Assembly (NCBI GenBank): GCA_000999595.1 | Contig: LCJH01000001.1 | Span: forward strand, 1 to 55,815 | Direction of reading: 5' to 3' | Origin: Microgenomates group bacterium GW2011_GWA2_44_7 | GTDB lineage: Bacteria > Patescibacteriota > Microgenomatia > GWA2-44-7 | DNA: 55,815 nucleotides | Part shown: piece by piece, positions 8,979 to 16,811 of the stretch | Position numbering within the stretch: the stretch's first letter is position 1 | How the letters are laid out: every line of letters starts with the position of its first letter | The notes under the pieces: generated by a model | Databases searched by the model: none | Told to the model about the DNA's origin: nothing | The model's input: the letters and a program-made list of their open reading frames with translations, nothing else | Program-made: the position numbers and the translations under genes

Positions 8979-10076
8979 CTACTTCGCATCGACATAACTA
9001 TTCGCTGCCGAAAATATTTTCAATTTATAGCTCTTTTTACTTAGCAATTTAACTATTTCCTCATCATAGACCACTCGTGATGCTTGAATTCTTCTCCTTT
9101 CCCTTAGAGTATCAGGAAAAGTATGAAGGTTCCAACTAACCGCACTTAAAACTGAATACGACAGATCGGGTCGTCTCTTTATTAAGAAATACAACATTTC
9201 CCCCAGCTCTAATACTAGATATCGTGGTAGCACCCAAAAAAGTGTTTCTAGGGCATAATTTTTTATTAACATTCTAAGTGAATTTCGTTCGCTTAAGTAC
9301 CTTGTTCTCACTTTTCCCAGCTTCCCAAGAGATGGTGAGATATGGTGATAAAGAAAAGATCGAGGATTAGCAATTATCTTATAACCGAGAAGGCGAACTC
9401 TCCAGGATAAATCAATATCATCCGACAGCCCCCAAAACTTACCGTCAAAGCCACCTGCCTCATTAAATAGTTCTCGAGAAATAATAAAAGATCCCCCATA
9501 GGAAAAGAAAACCTCTTGAATTTCTTTCGGGTATTTATCAAAGGGCTTCCATGGATCATGTTGCATACCAAACCCATACATATCCAACTCTCCACCGGCA
9601 TTATCAATGTAATAAATTCCTGTATTTGGATCTTTATCATGCCGAACCAGGACGCTAGTACAGATTCCGACTGAGCTGTCGCTTGTAATCCCTCGCATCA
9701 ACTCCGAGACGCAGTTCTTGTCAAACTTCATGTCCTCACTCATGAGCACAACATAGTTCTCTCGCGTTCTGGCAACGGCATAATTACTAATCCCGGCTGG
9801 CCCAAGGTTTCTTGAAGACTTAATTATCTTCACTTTGGGATACTTACGTCTAACGTATTCCACACTGTTGTCTGTAGAAGCGTCGTCAGCGAGATATATT
9901 TGGTAGTTCGGATACTTCTGTCTTAAAAGTGATCCGAGTGACTCATCAACAAGACTTTTGCCGTTGTAATTCAGCACGATAACCGCAACTGAGGGGTATT
10001 TAATCCCTCTTTCAAAAGATTTCGTCATGTCATTTCTTAGCAGATTGATAAACAATTCTACTTTTCTTGTTAACAC
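8979..10076 (-). CDS. GT2 glycosyltransferase, COG1216/WbbL-like
   Basis: 365 aa with VAVIVLNYNGKSLVDESLGSLLRQKYPNYQIYLADDASTDNSVEY and LSDDIDLSWRVRLLGYKI. The true start is probably the internal Met of MTKSFERG (about 10028), which removes the 47 nt overlap with the upstream gene. Confidence 0.8.
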   Translation of the reverse strand: MLTRKVELFINLLRNDMTKSFERGIKYPSVAVIVLNYNGKSLVDESLGSLLRQKYPNYQIYLADDASTDNSVEYVRRKYPKVKIIKSSRNLGPAGISNYAVARTRENYVVLMSEDMKFDKNCVSELMRGITSDSSVGICTSVLVRHDKDPNTGIYYIDNAGGELDMYGFGMQHDPWKPFDKYPKEIQEVFFSYGGSFIISRELFNEAGGFDGKFWGLSDDIDLSWRVRLLGYKIIANPRSFLYHHISPSLGKLGKVRTRYLSERNSLRMLIKNYALETLFWVLPRYLVLELGEMLYFLIKRRPDLSYSVLSAVSWNLHTFPDTLRERRRIQASRVVYDEEIVKLLSKKSYKLKIFSAANSYVDAK

Positions 10077-10860
10077 TATTGGCGATTCTTCCGCGCTCTC
10101 TAAGTATCAGAAGTTGGCCTAGCAAAGCCCTTAATGGTACCCGCATTGGTAACCCTTGTGGAGGATCAACTCTATCACTCCCCCAAATCATCGGGATCAT
10201 CAATACCCTGTTCCCTCTCCAAAGAAACTTCACTCGCAACTCTCCCTGAACCGCATAGCCAGGACCCCACCAAACAGAAACAAACTGATCCGGAGGCGAT
10301 ACACTAAAAAGGTCGCTAAGAGACCTGGCGCTAAAGCCCTGGAGACCACTTGTCAGATCAGATACCCAGCCAACGCCGGTTCCTAACAACAAAGCATTGC
10401 CGACAACTGTACCAACTAAACTAATCAGCTTTCTTTGGAGAGGATAACGATCAACCCCTCCGCCGTGGGAGAATCTAGTCGTATATACCCCATCTACCGA
10501 ACCATCGATAATCGGCTCAATTATTCCAGGAAGATAGGAAGGTTTATGAGATCCGTTGCCGTCAATCTCCACTGCTAACTCAACACTATCATTTAATGCC
10601 GCCTGATAACCGCGAAGATAGGCTAGACCAAAAGAGCTCGGGTTGGGGAGGTGAATCACTCTCAGCCAGCTTTCCCTTTCTGCAAGCTTGTTCATGTAAT
10701 TTCTAAATCCCGATGTCGCGTTATTAACGACAACATAAATCCTCGGATTAACTTGTGATGGTACATTGTCAAGAATTTCATGAAGCAAGCCACGCTCAAA
10801 AGGGGTTTTCTGTTTATCATAAGCTGGTATTACTAATCCGACAGTTCTTTCTGACGACAT
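10030..10860 (-). CDS. Divergent DPM1/Ppm1-like GT2 (polyprenyl-phosphate sugar synthase fold) with altered nucleotide-binding and DxD motifs
   Basis: 276 aa. The backbone matches the DPM1 pattern: VGLVIPAY..., GLAYLRGYQAA, YTTRFSHGGGVDRYPLQRKLIS and VSDLTSGLQGFSARSL. However, the DDxSxDxT box reads VVVNNATSG and the DADLSHxP box reads EIDGNGSHKP. Confidence 0.6.
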   Translation of the reverse strand: MSSERTVGLVIPAYDKQKTPFERGLLHEILDNVPSQVNPRIYVVVNNATSGFRNYMNKLAERESWLRVIHLPNPSSFGLAYLRGYQAALNDSVELAVEIDGNGSHKPSYLPGIIEPIIDGSVDGVYTTRFSHGGGVDRYPLQRKLISLVGTVVGNALLLGTGVGWVSDLTSGLQGFSARSLSDLFSVSPPDQFVSVWWGPGYAVQGELRVKFLWRGNRVLMIPMIWGSDRVDPPQGLPMRVPLRALLGQLLILRERGRIANSVNKKSRIVYQSAKK

Positions 10861-10884
10861 ATTTAAGTATACTAACCAAAGAGC

Positions 10885-11595
10885 CTACTTTTGACAAATA
10901 ATCCCGATGTTAAGACAAACATATGGAGCAAGTTTCGTGTTCTGAAAATAGTCCAGAATTGATACCCACCCATTACGGAGTGCAGGTGGAAATTTAAGGG
11001 TAAAGGCACTTCCTCGCCCATAAAATCCAATCGTGTCGAGTTTAAGCTTGAATGCTAGCAATTTTAGATCATTTTTTGAATATTCGGTCTCCCAGCCAAA
11101 CCTAAACGACCCGTGACGCATTCGATATCTTTTGACGAGAGTATAGAGATTGTATTTTTGAGGAACATCGACTATCAGATATCCCCCTTTCTTAAGCACT
11201 CTAACCTGATCTCTTAAAAATAAGACAGGATTTTTATAGTGTTCAATCAACCCGACAGAGTAAACAAGATCAAAATAACTTTCGCGAAAGGGAATTCTTC
11301 GCGCATCCGCCACAACGGTCTCAATCTCGACATTTTGGATCTTCGCAATCTTTTGGCAAACCCTTAAGGAGTTCTCTGAGAAATCCAAAGCGTATCCAAT
11401 TGCTCCAATTTTAACTAAAGAGGTAAGATCCATTCCTGATCCTGCTCCAACTTCCAGTACCTTTTTCCCATTTAACTTACCTCCAAAAATTTTTAACACC
11501 TCAGCTCTTAGCTTATGGTCCGAGGGAATGTTTGGGTTTTTGTAATAATTTCCCCAATCTTCCTGCCAAACTTTGTATAAAGCTGACTTATTCAT
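10885..11595 (-). CDS. Class I SAM-dependent methyltransferase
   Basis: 236 aa with VLEVGAGSGMDL (motif I), FDLVYSVGLIEHY and KKGGYLIVDVP. Confidence 0.8.
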   Translation of the reverse strand: MNKSALYKVWQEDWGNYYKNPNIPSDHKLRAEVLKIFGGKLNGKKVLEVGAGSGMDLTSLVKIGAIGYALDFSENSLRVCQKIAKIQNVEIETVVADARRIPFRESYFDLVYSVGLIEHYKNPVLFLRDQVRVLKKGGYLIVDVPQKYNLYTLVKRYRMRHGSFRFGWETEYSKNDLKLLAFKLKLDTIGFYGRGSAFTLKFPPALRNGWVSILDYFQNTKLAPYVCLNIGIICQK

Positions 11596-11604
11596 TAATA
11601 GATT

Positions 11605-12621
11605 CTACTGTCTCCACTTATCTCGACTACTCTCGGCCGGACTGATCTTTCCTTTCATCCAACCATACAGATATATAAACCAGGTCGAATAAATAATAAC
11701 CGGGTGCAAAACCCAAACCCAGTCTCGTGTTTTTACAAGTCCTTTTATCGTTTGGTAAAGGATAGGGACAACCAATAGACAAAGCACCTGAAAATAGATT
11801 ACTTTCACAAAAAAACTCTTTTCCCAATCAATCGCTCGTCCTCCTTTACCTTTATGAAATGACATATCGTTTATTCGTCTCAGCTGTTTCCTGAAAAATT
11901 TAAAGATGTCATCCTCAACATAGGTATGAACGATTCCCGTCTTTACTTTAGCGAAATAGACAACCTTTCTCTTTCTTAAAATTTCCACGATTACATCAAT
12001 ATCAAATAAATAATCGCCGACGCCCTTCTCAATCAACTCTCTCCTTTGCATTACTGTCCCATTGGCTCCGATTGTCGGCAGCGGCTCGTGGTCCAACTTC
12101 ACCTTGAAATAGCTACCTCTATCCTCAGCTTCCAACTTCAATCCCGTCCACTTCCCGCTAAGGACACTCATACGGTCATAATTACCGATAAAATAGCATA
12201 GCGGATCATTCATCCCTAATTGGGCGAAATACCGTGTAAGAAATGGATCATTTGGTCTTGAAGTATATTCAATTGGTTCCGATCCGATAATCTGTTTATC
12301 TCCAAACGGCTCAACCATCTTCACAAACCAATTCTTATCAGGCAAGATATTATCCGAATCAATAAAAGCCACCAATTCCCCTTTTGCCTCTTTTACACCG
12401 ACCGCTTTTCCTGACTCACTCGTTTTCAAGGGATTTTTTAAAACCCGGCAACCATATCGCCGAGCAATTTCAACTGTTTTGTCTGTTGATCCCCCATCAG
12501 CAACTATAACCTCTATCTTTTTCTTAGGATAATCTTGGGTGGAAATTGATTTAAGACAAGCCTCAATAACTGTTCCGGAGTTAAGAGCGGCAAAAACAAC
12601 CGAGATCGAAGGGTATCTCAC
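11605..12621 (-). CDS. GT2 glycosyltransferase with C-terminal membrane helices
   Basis: 338 aa with a GTG start. Has ISVVFAALNSGTVIEACLKSISTQDYPKKKIEVIVADGGSTDKTVEIA and FIDSDN. C-terminal helices include VIYFQVLCLLVVPILY and VLHPVIIYSTWFIYLYGW. Confidence 0.8.
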   Translation of the reverse strand: MRYPSISVVFAALNSGTVIEACLKSISTQDYPKKKIEVIVADGGSTDKTVEIARRYGCRVLKNPLKTSESGKAVGVKEAKGELVAFIDSDNILPDKNWFVKMVEPFGDKQIIGSEPIEYTSRPNDPFLTRYFAQLGMNDPLCYFIGNYDRMSVLSGKWTGLKLEAEDRGSYFKVKLDHEPLPTIGANGTVMQRRELIEKGVGDYLFDIDVIVEILRKRKVVYFAKVKTGIVHTYVEDDIFKFFRKQLRRINDMSFHKGKGGRAIDWEKSFFVKVIYFQVLCLLVVPILYQTIKGLVKTRDWVWVLHPVIIYSTWFIYLYGWMKGKISPAESSRDKWRQ

Positions 12622-12661
12622 AAAGCTATTTTAACTCAAAAACGCTTACAACTTCACAAAC

Positions 12662-12670
12662 TGATATAAT
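12662..12670 (+). promoter_or_regulatory. Candidate extended -10 promoter element (TGaTATAAT) for the plus-strand FNR/radical-SAM pair
   Basis: TGATATAAT lies at 12662-12670, and the TATAAT ends only 6 nt before the GTG start at 12677. If this element is used, the mRNA would be leaderless or nearly so. There is no Shine-Dalgarno in the 6 nt. This is a pattern match only. Confidence 0.25.
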
Positions 12671-12676
12671 CGCTTC

Positions 12677-13336
12677 GTGCCCAAAACCCAACCTCAAAAA
12701 GCTAAAGTTGCTCAAATAAGATTTCTAACTGAATCTACTTACATCCTTAAACTTGAGCGCAACGGTTTTCAATTTATCCCCGGCCAGTGTATTAACGTGG
12801 GGTTGCCAGGATTAGGCGTAAATCGCGAATATTCCACGTATTCAGGCATAAAAGATCCTTATTTAGAATTTTTGATCAAAAGAATTGACGGAGGACTAGT
12901 CTCAACAAAGTTGAGCCTGCTTGACCCCGGCGACGAGGTCACTCTAGATGGAGCTTATGGTCTATTTACCATCAAGAAACCTTCCGACAAAAAATGTCGC
13001 TACCTTTTTATCGCCTCAGGAACCGGTATCGCCCCCTTTCATTCTTTTCTTCGATCCTATCCAAAACTCAACTGTAAAATCCTTCACGGTATCCGCTTTG
13101 TTCGTGAGCAGTACGAGAAGGACCACTACCCAAAGGAGGTGTACACAAGTTGCGTGTCCGGAGAAAGGGGTGGAGATTTCCGCGGACGGGTGACTGGGTA
13201 TCTTAAGAAACACTCCGTTACAAAAGATACAACTTGTTATGTCTGTGGCAATAGCTCAATGATAAATGATGTTTATGATATTCTAAGGAACCAAGGACTA
13301 TCCGCAAGCAATATCCTTACGGAAACCTTTTTTTAA
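12677..13336 (+). CDS. FNR-family flavoprotein oxidoreductase (FAD_binding_6 plus NAD_binding_1, no ferredoxin domain)
   Basis: 219 aa. Has NREYSTYS (the RxYS FAD motif), IDGGLVSTKL, LFIASGTGIAPFHSFL (the GTGIAP NAD(P)H motif) and YVCGNSSMINDV. GTG start. Confidence 0.75.
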   Translation: MPKTQPQKAKVAQIRFLTESTYILKLERNGFQFIPGQCINVGLPGLGVNREYSTYSGIKDPYLEFLIKRIDGGLVSTKLSLLDPGDEVTLDGAYGLFTIKKPSDKKCRYLFIASGTGIAPFHSFLRSYPKLNCKILHGIRFVREQYEKDHYPKEVYTSCVSGERGGDFRGRVTGYLKKHSVTKDTTCYVCGNSSMINDVYDILRNQGLSASNILTETFF

Positions 13337-13342
13337 AAGACC

Positions 13343-14938
13343 ATGAAAATTGCTATTTCTTATCCTCCCATTGTGAACAAACGCGGTCAGACGGCGATGG
13401 TCTCCCAAAATCGTAATGTTCAATATTTTAAATATCCGACCTACCTTCTACCCGTAATATATGCCCAAGCGGCTACCTGGCTTAAAAACTTGGGCTTTGA
13501 GGTCCGTTGGGACGATGGCAACAGCCAACGAAAGACATACAAACAATGGTTTGACCAGTTAGTCGCCTGGCAACCAGACATTGTTGTTTTGGAAAGTACT
13601 ACCCCGGTAATGAATTTCTACTGGCAAACAACTAATGATCTAAAAAGGGCTCTCCCTAAGACAATTTTCATTATGACCGGCTATCACTCCGTGCGTAGGC
13701 CAAATGAGACTTTAGACAAATCTGCTGTCGATATCGTTTTAAAAAGCAATCACGTCGACTTTGTTCTTGCCAAGCTAATCCCATATATCGCCAAACACAA
13801 CAACTGGCGGCGGACCTGCACGGTTGAAGGGCTCACCATTCGAGTGGATAAAAAAAGAGTTAGAGACACCGGTGCTTTTCGCCAAGTAGAACCGCTAGAT
13901 AATTCGCCTCTTGTTGGCCGGGATCTGGTCGGATGGAAAAATTACGCCTATGAAAATGGAAACTTTCTCCAAACCCCGGGCACCTACGCGACGAGTGTTA
14001 TTCGCGACTGTATGTTTGGGAAATGCACTTTCTGCCGCTATAACGGTCCTGATTTGACTTTCTCAAAAATGTCTGTCGAGAAAAGTCTGGATGAATATCA
14101 GATGCTTATCGAAAAATACGGCGTTAAGGAAATTTTCGATGATTCTGGTGTCTGGTATAGAGGTGCAGATGCCAGAAGATTTGCTCAAGGGATAATTGAT
14201 CGTGGGTTGCATAAAAAGGGCTGCTATTTTGGGTTTAACACTCGTTTTGAATATCTTGATGAAGAAACCATCAAACTGTTAGCAGAAGCAAATTTCCGGT
14301 TTGTCCTTATTGGTCTTGAGGCTGCCAGCAACGAGACCCTTCGCCGTTTAAACAAAGGCTACCAAAATGATTACATTGTCCCCTGTCTTACCTGGATGAA
14401 AAAATACGGACTCCACCCTCACATGACTGTTATGGTCGGATACTACTGGGAGACGCAAGAAATGCTTGATGAAACTGTCCGATTCGTAAAAGAACTTATG
14501 TCTTCCGGGCTAACCCGATCGATACAAGTGACCCTCTGTACCCCGCTTGATTACACGCCTTATCACATTGAGTGTATTACTAAGAAAGTCCTGCTGGCCA
14601 AAAGCTATGACGATTTTGACATGAGCAAGCTCATTGTTAAGACCCCTATCCCTCACGAGAAATACTACGAAGCGATAAGAGAGATGTATGGTTTCGGTTT
14701 CAGTCCCCAATTTATCTTTAGGCAAGTACTTTTCCTTTTAACGTTTCGCAAGCGAGACTGGCAGTTTTTATTTATCTATGGCTGGCGGGCAATAAGGAGA
14801 TTAACGAATCATTACTATGATCTGACAATTCACAGCCGAAAAGGCGCAAAACCGATGGGGATTATTCAAAGGATTGCCGTTTTCTGGGTCGAGAAGATGG
14901 CTTCCCACTTCGAGACTCGACCACAGATCTCCTCTTAG
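13343..14938 (+). CDS. B12-binding-domain radical SAM enzyme (class B-like)
   Basis: 531 aa. The N-terminus has a B12-binding-like Rossmann pattern (KIAISYPP..., WLKNLGFEVRWDD, PDIVVLESTTP, IFIMTGYH, VDIVLKSNH). The cluster motif is RDCMFGKCTFCRY, and core motifs include EIFDDSG and VLIGLEAASNETLRRLNKG. The start is 6 nt after the FNR gene's stop. Confidence 0.75.
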   Translation: MKIAISYPPIVNKRGQTAMVSQNRNVQYFKYPTYLLPVIYAQAATWLKNLGFEVRWDDGNSQRKTYKQWFDQLVAWQPDIVVLESTTPVMNFYWQTTNDLKRALPKTIFIMTGYHSVRRPNETLDKSAVDIVLKSNHVDFVLAKLIPYIAKHNNWRRTCTVEGLTIRVDKKRVRDTGAFRQVEPLDNSPLVGRDLVGWKNYAYENGNFLQTPGTYATSVIRDCMFGKCTFCRYNGPDLTFSKMSVEKSLDEYQMLIEKYGVKEIFDDSGVWYRGADARRFAQGIIDRGLHKKGCYFGFNTRFEYLDEETIKLLAEANFRFVLIGLEAASNETLRRLNKGYQNDYIVPCLTWMKKYGLHPHMTVMVGYYWETQEMLDETVRFVKELMSSGLTRSIQVTLCTPLDYTPYHIECITKKVLLAKSYDDFDMSKLIVKTPIPHEKYYEAIREMYGFGFSPQFIFRQVLFLLTFRKRDWQFLFIYGWRAIRRLTNHYYDLTIHSRKGAKPMGIIQRIAVFWVEKMASHFETRPQISS

Positions 14939-14940
14939 AT

Positions 14941-15984
14941 CTAGGCTGATCTCCTTTGGTTTGAGTTTTCAATCTTTCCAGGCGAAAGGAAACCCTGAAT
15001 AAATTTCACCCCATACCAAAGAACGGTCGCTATTGTCAGCGGTATAGATAGAACCCCAAACTTGAAGTTTCCGGACATCTTGGCGATCCACAGGCCATTC
15101 AGGACTACCGCTATGCCATACCCCAGTGTTGTAATCAAACCAAATTTATAGATAAACCTCAGCTCAGCAAGGCGGTTAAGCCCTACTGCGCTACCCAATA
15201 TTTGATAGATCAAGAGATACAAAAGTCCCAGAAACACTAAACTTGGCCCAAAATATTCCAAGCGAAATGAGGTTTTTGGCAAAGCTCTGGCAAAGTACCC
15301 ACGATGGATGCCGTAATTTCCGTTTTGCTTAAAGTGCGGCCAAAAAAGCGGTCGACGGTGGTGATAAACAACCGCATCCGGATTATAGATGATTTTTTTC
15401 TTTAACTTATAAACTAATTCCAGACAGAGCTTGGTGTCTTCGCCCGGCCAGTAATTGCTGTCAAAACCACCTACTTTTAAAAAATCGGACTTTCTAACGG
15501 CTAGGTTCATCGAGGGATAATCGTCGACCTCCATCATCTTTGCCGGAATAAAGCGATAGGTACATGGACCCCCTCCGATGGGTGAAGCGGAAAACCAACC
15601 GGCGAGTTGTTCTTGCCAGGGGACAGAAGGAGGGGTTACGCCTGGGCCACCGACAGCCGCAACTTTGGGGTTTGAAAAGGGTTGGACCATCTCTTTGAGC
15701 CAATTTTTATCAGCAGGATAAGCATCATCATCGATAAATACCAATATTTCTCCCCTGGCTATCTTTGCTCCATCATCTCGTTTGATGGCCGGTCCGATGT
15801 ACCTTCCGTAATACCTTTTTTTTAATCTTGGGAATTTTATATTGACCCGGTAATCGGTTAAGAGGATTACTTCAAAATTCGTATAGGTCTGTTTGTTAAT
15901 GCCACTCAGACACTCGACTAACAATGGGTTGTTTATTTTAAAATCGATGACAATGACCGAAACATGTGGGCGATTTTTTTTCAT
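14941..15984 (-). CDS. GT2 glycosyltransferase with C-terminal membrane helices
   Basis: 347 aa with VSVIVIDFK...NFEVILLTD, ILVFIDDDAYP and YWPGEDTKLCLEL. About three C-terminal helices. The stop is 2 nt from the convergent radical SAM gene's stop. Confidence 0.75.
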   Translation of the reverse strand: MKKNRPHVSVIVIDFKINNPLLVECLSGINKQTYTNFEVILLTDYRVNIKFPRLKKRYYGRYIGPAIKRDDGAKIARGEILVFIDDDAYPADKNWLKEMVQPFSNPKVAAVGGPGVTPPSVPWQEQLAGWFSASPIGGGPCTYRFIPAKMMEVDDYPSMNLAVRKSDFLKVGGFDSNYWPGEDTKLCLELVYKLKKKIIYNPDAVVYHHRRPLFWPHFKQNGNYGIHRGYFARALPKTSFRLEYFGPSLVFLGLLYLLIYQILGSAVGLNRLAELRFIYKFGLITTLGYGIAVVLNGLWIAKMSGNFKFGVLSIPLTIATVLWYGVKFIQGFLSPGKIENSNQRRSA

Positions 15985-15989
15985 AAGAT

Positions 15990-16811
15990 TTAGCCGACAT
16001 TAACCCTAAAATTCAATTCGGGGTCGAATCGCCACTTTCGGCGATTGGCATCAGAATAGTATTTAAGTATCTTCAAACGGTAAAATACCGCAAACGTGTC
16101 GACCAGCACATCAAATACCGTCTTCGCAAAATAATGACGATTTAAAACAGAGATTCCTTTAAATTTGAACTTCAGCTCAATCGGTGCCTCATATATCCGG
16201 GTAAAGCCTAAAGAATGGGCAACGGCGAGAAGCTCAATGTCGAAAGCGTACTTCTTGACAAGTAGCCTGGGTAATACCTTTTCGAGAACTTTTCGGCGGT
16301 AGAATTTCAGTCCCACCTGGGTGTCACGTATTTTGAGCCCGAAAAGGACCAGGACGATGAACTGATAAACAAACGAGATAATGCGACGTTGCCAATTATA
16401 ATTAACTTTTGAAGCAGGATGTCTTTTTGAGCCAACGATAATGTCGGCATTGTACCATTCAAAATGCTCCAGACACATCGAGATACCATTAGGATTTAAT
16501 TCCATCCCTGCATCAATAGCGGCAATAATATCACCGCTACTTTTTGCCATCCCGAAGCGAACAGCATAACCCTTCCCCCGATTATCTTTGTAGCCTACGA
16601 TTCGAACATTTTTAATAAGTGCCTCCAGCTTTTTGGCTCTTTGATAGGTTTTGTCAACAAACCCATCCACGACAACTATCAATTCATAGCGAATCCGAAT
16701 TTGATTTAAAACTGATATGATGCTGCGGATATCCCTGACAATAGTCAGCTCTTCTCGATATGCAGGCACAATTACTGATAAAAAATGGTTGGGCTGTTTA
16801 ACGGAGCTCAT
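15990..16811 (-). CDS. GT2, GtrB/DPM1-like putative polyprenyl-phosphate glycosyltransferase
   Basis: 273 aa with LSVIVPAYREELTI, LIVVVDGFVDKT, NRGKGYAVRFGM, AIDAGMELNP, IIVGSKRH and RDTQVGLKFYRR. Confidence 0.65.
   Translation of the reverse strand: MSSVKQPNHFLSVIVPAYREELTIVRDIRSIISVLNQIRIRYELIVVVDGFVDKTYQRAKKLEALIKNVRIVGYKDNRGKGYAVRFGMAKSSGDIIAAIDAGMELNPNGISMCLEHFEWYNADIIVGSKRHPASKVNYNWQRRIISFVYQFIVLVLFGLKIRDTQVGLKFYRRKVLEKVLPRLLVKKYAFDIELLAVAHSLGFTRIYEAPIELKFKFKGISVLNRHYFAKTVFDVLVDTFAVFYRLKILKYYSDANRRKWRFDPELNFRVNVG

Noticed and set aside
9374-9640. An 88 aa same-strand alternative-frame ORF inside the GT2 gene 8979..10076. Similar nested ORFs occur at 4630-4860, 11627-11827, 15494-15703 and 28139-28400.
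   Set aside because: They overlap well-supported longer ORFs in other frames. Their composition is rich in Cys, Trp and Arg or otherwise irregular, and they carry no motifs.
14936-14943. The perfect palindrome TAGATCTA, considered as a regulatory or restriction-related site.
   Set aside because: It is simply the product of two convergent stop codons (TAG and the reverse complement of TAG) separated by AT. There is no additional symmetry around it.
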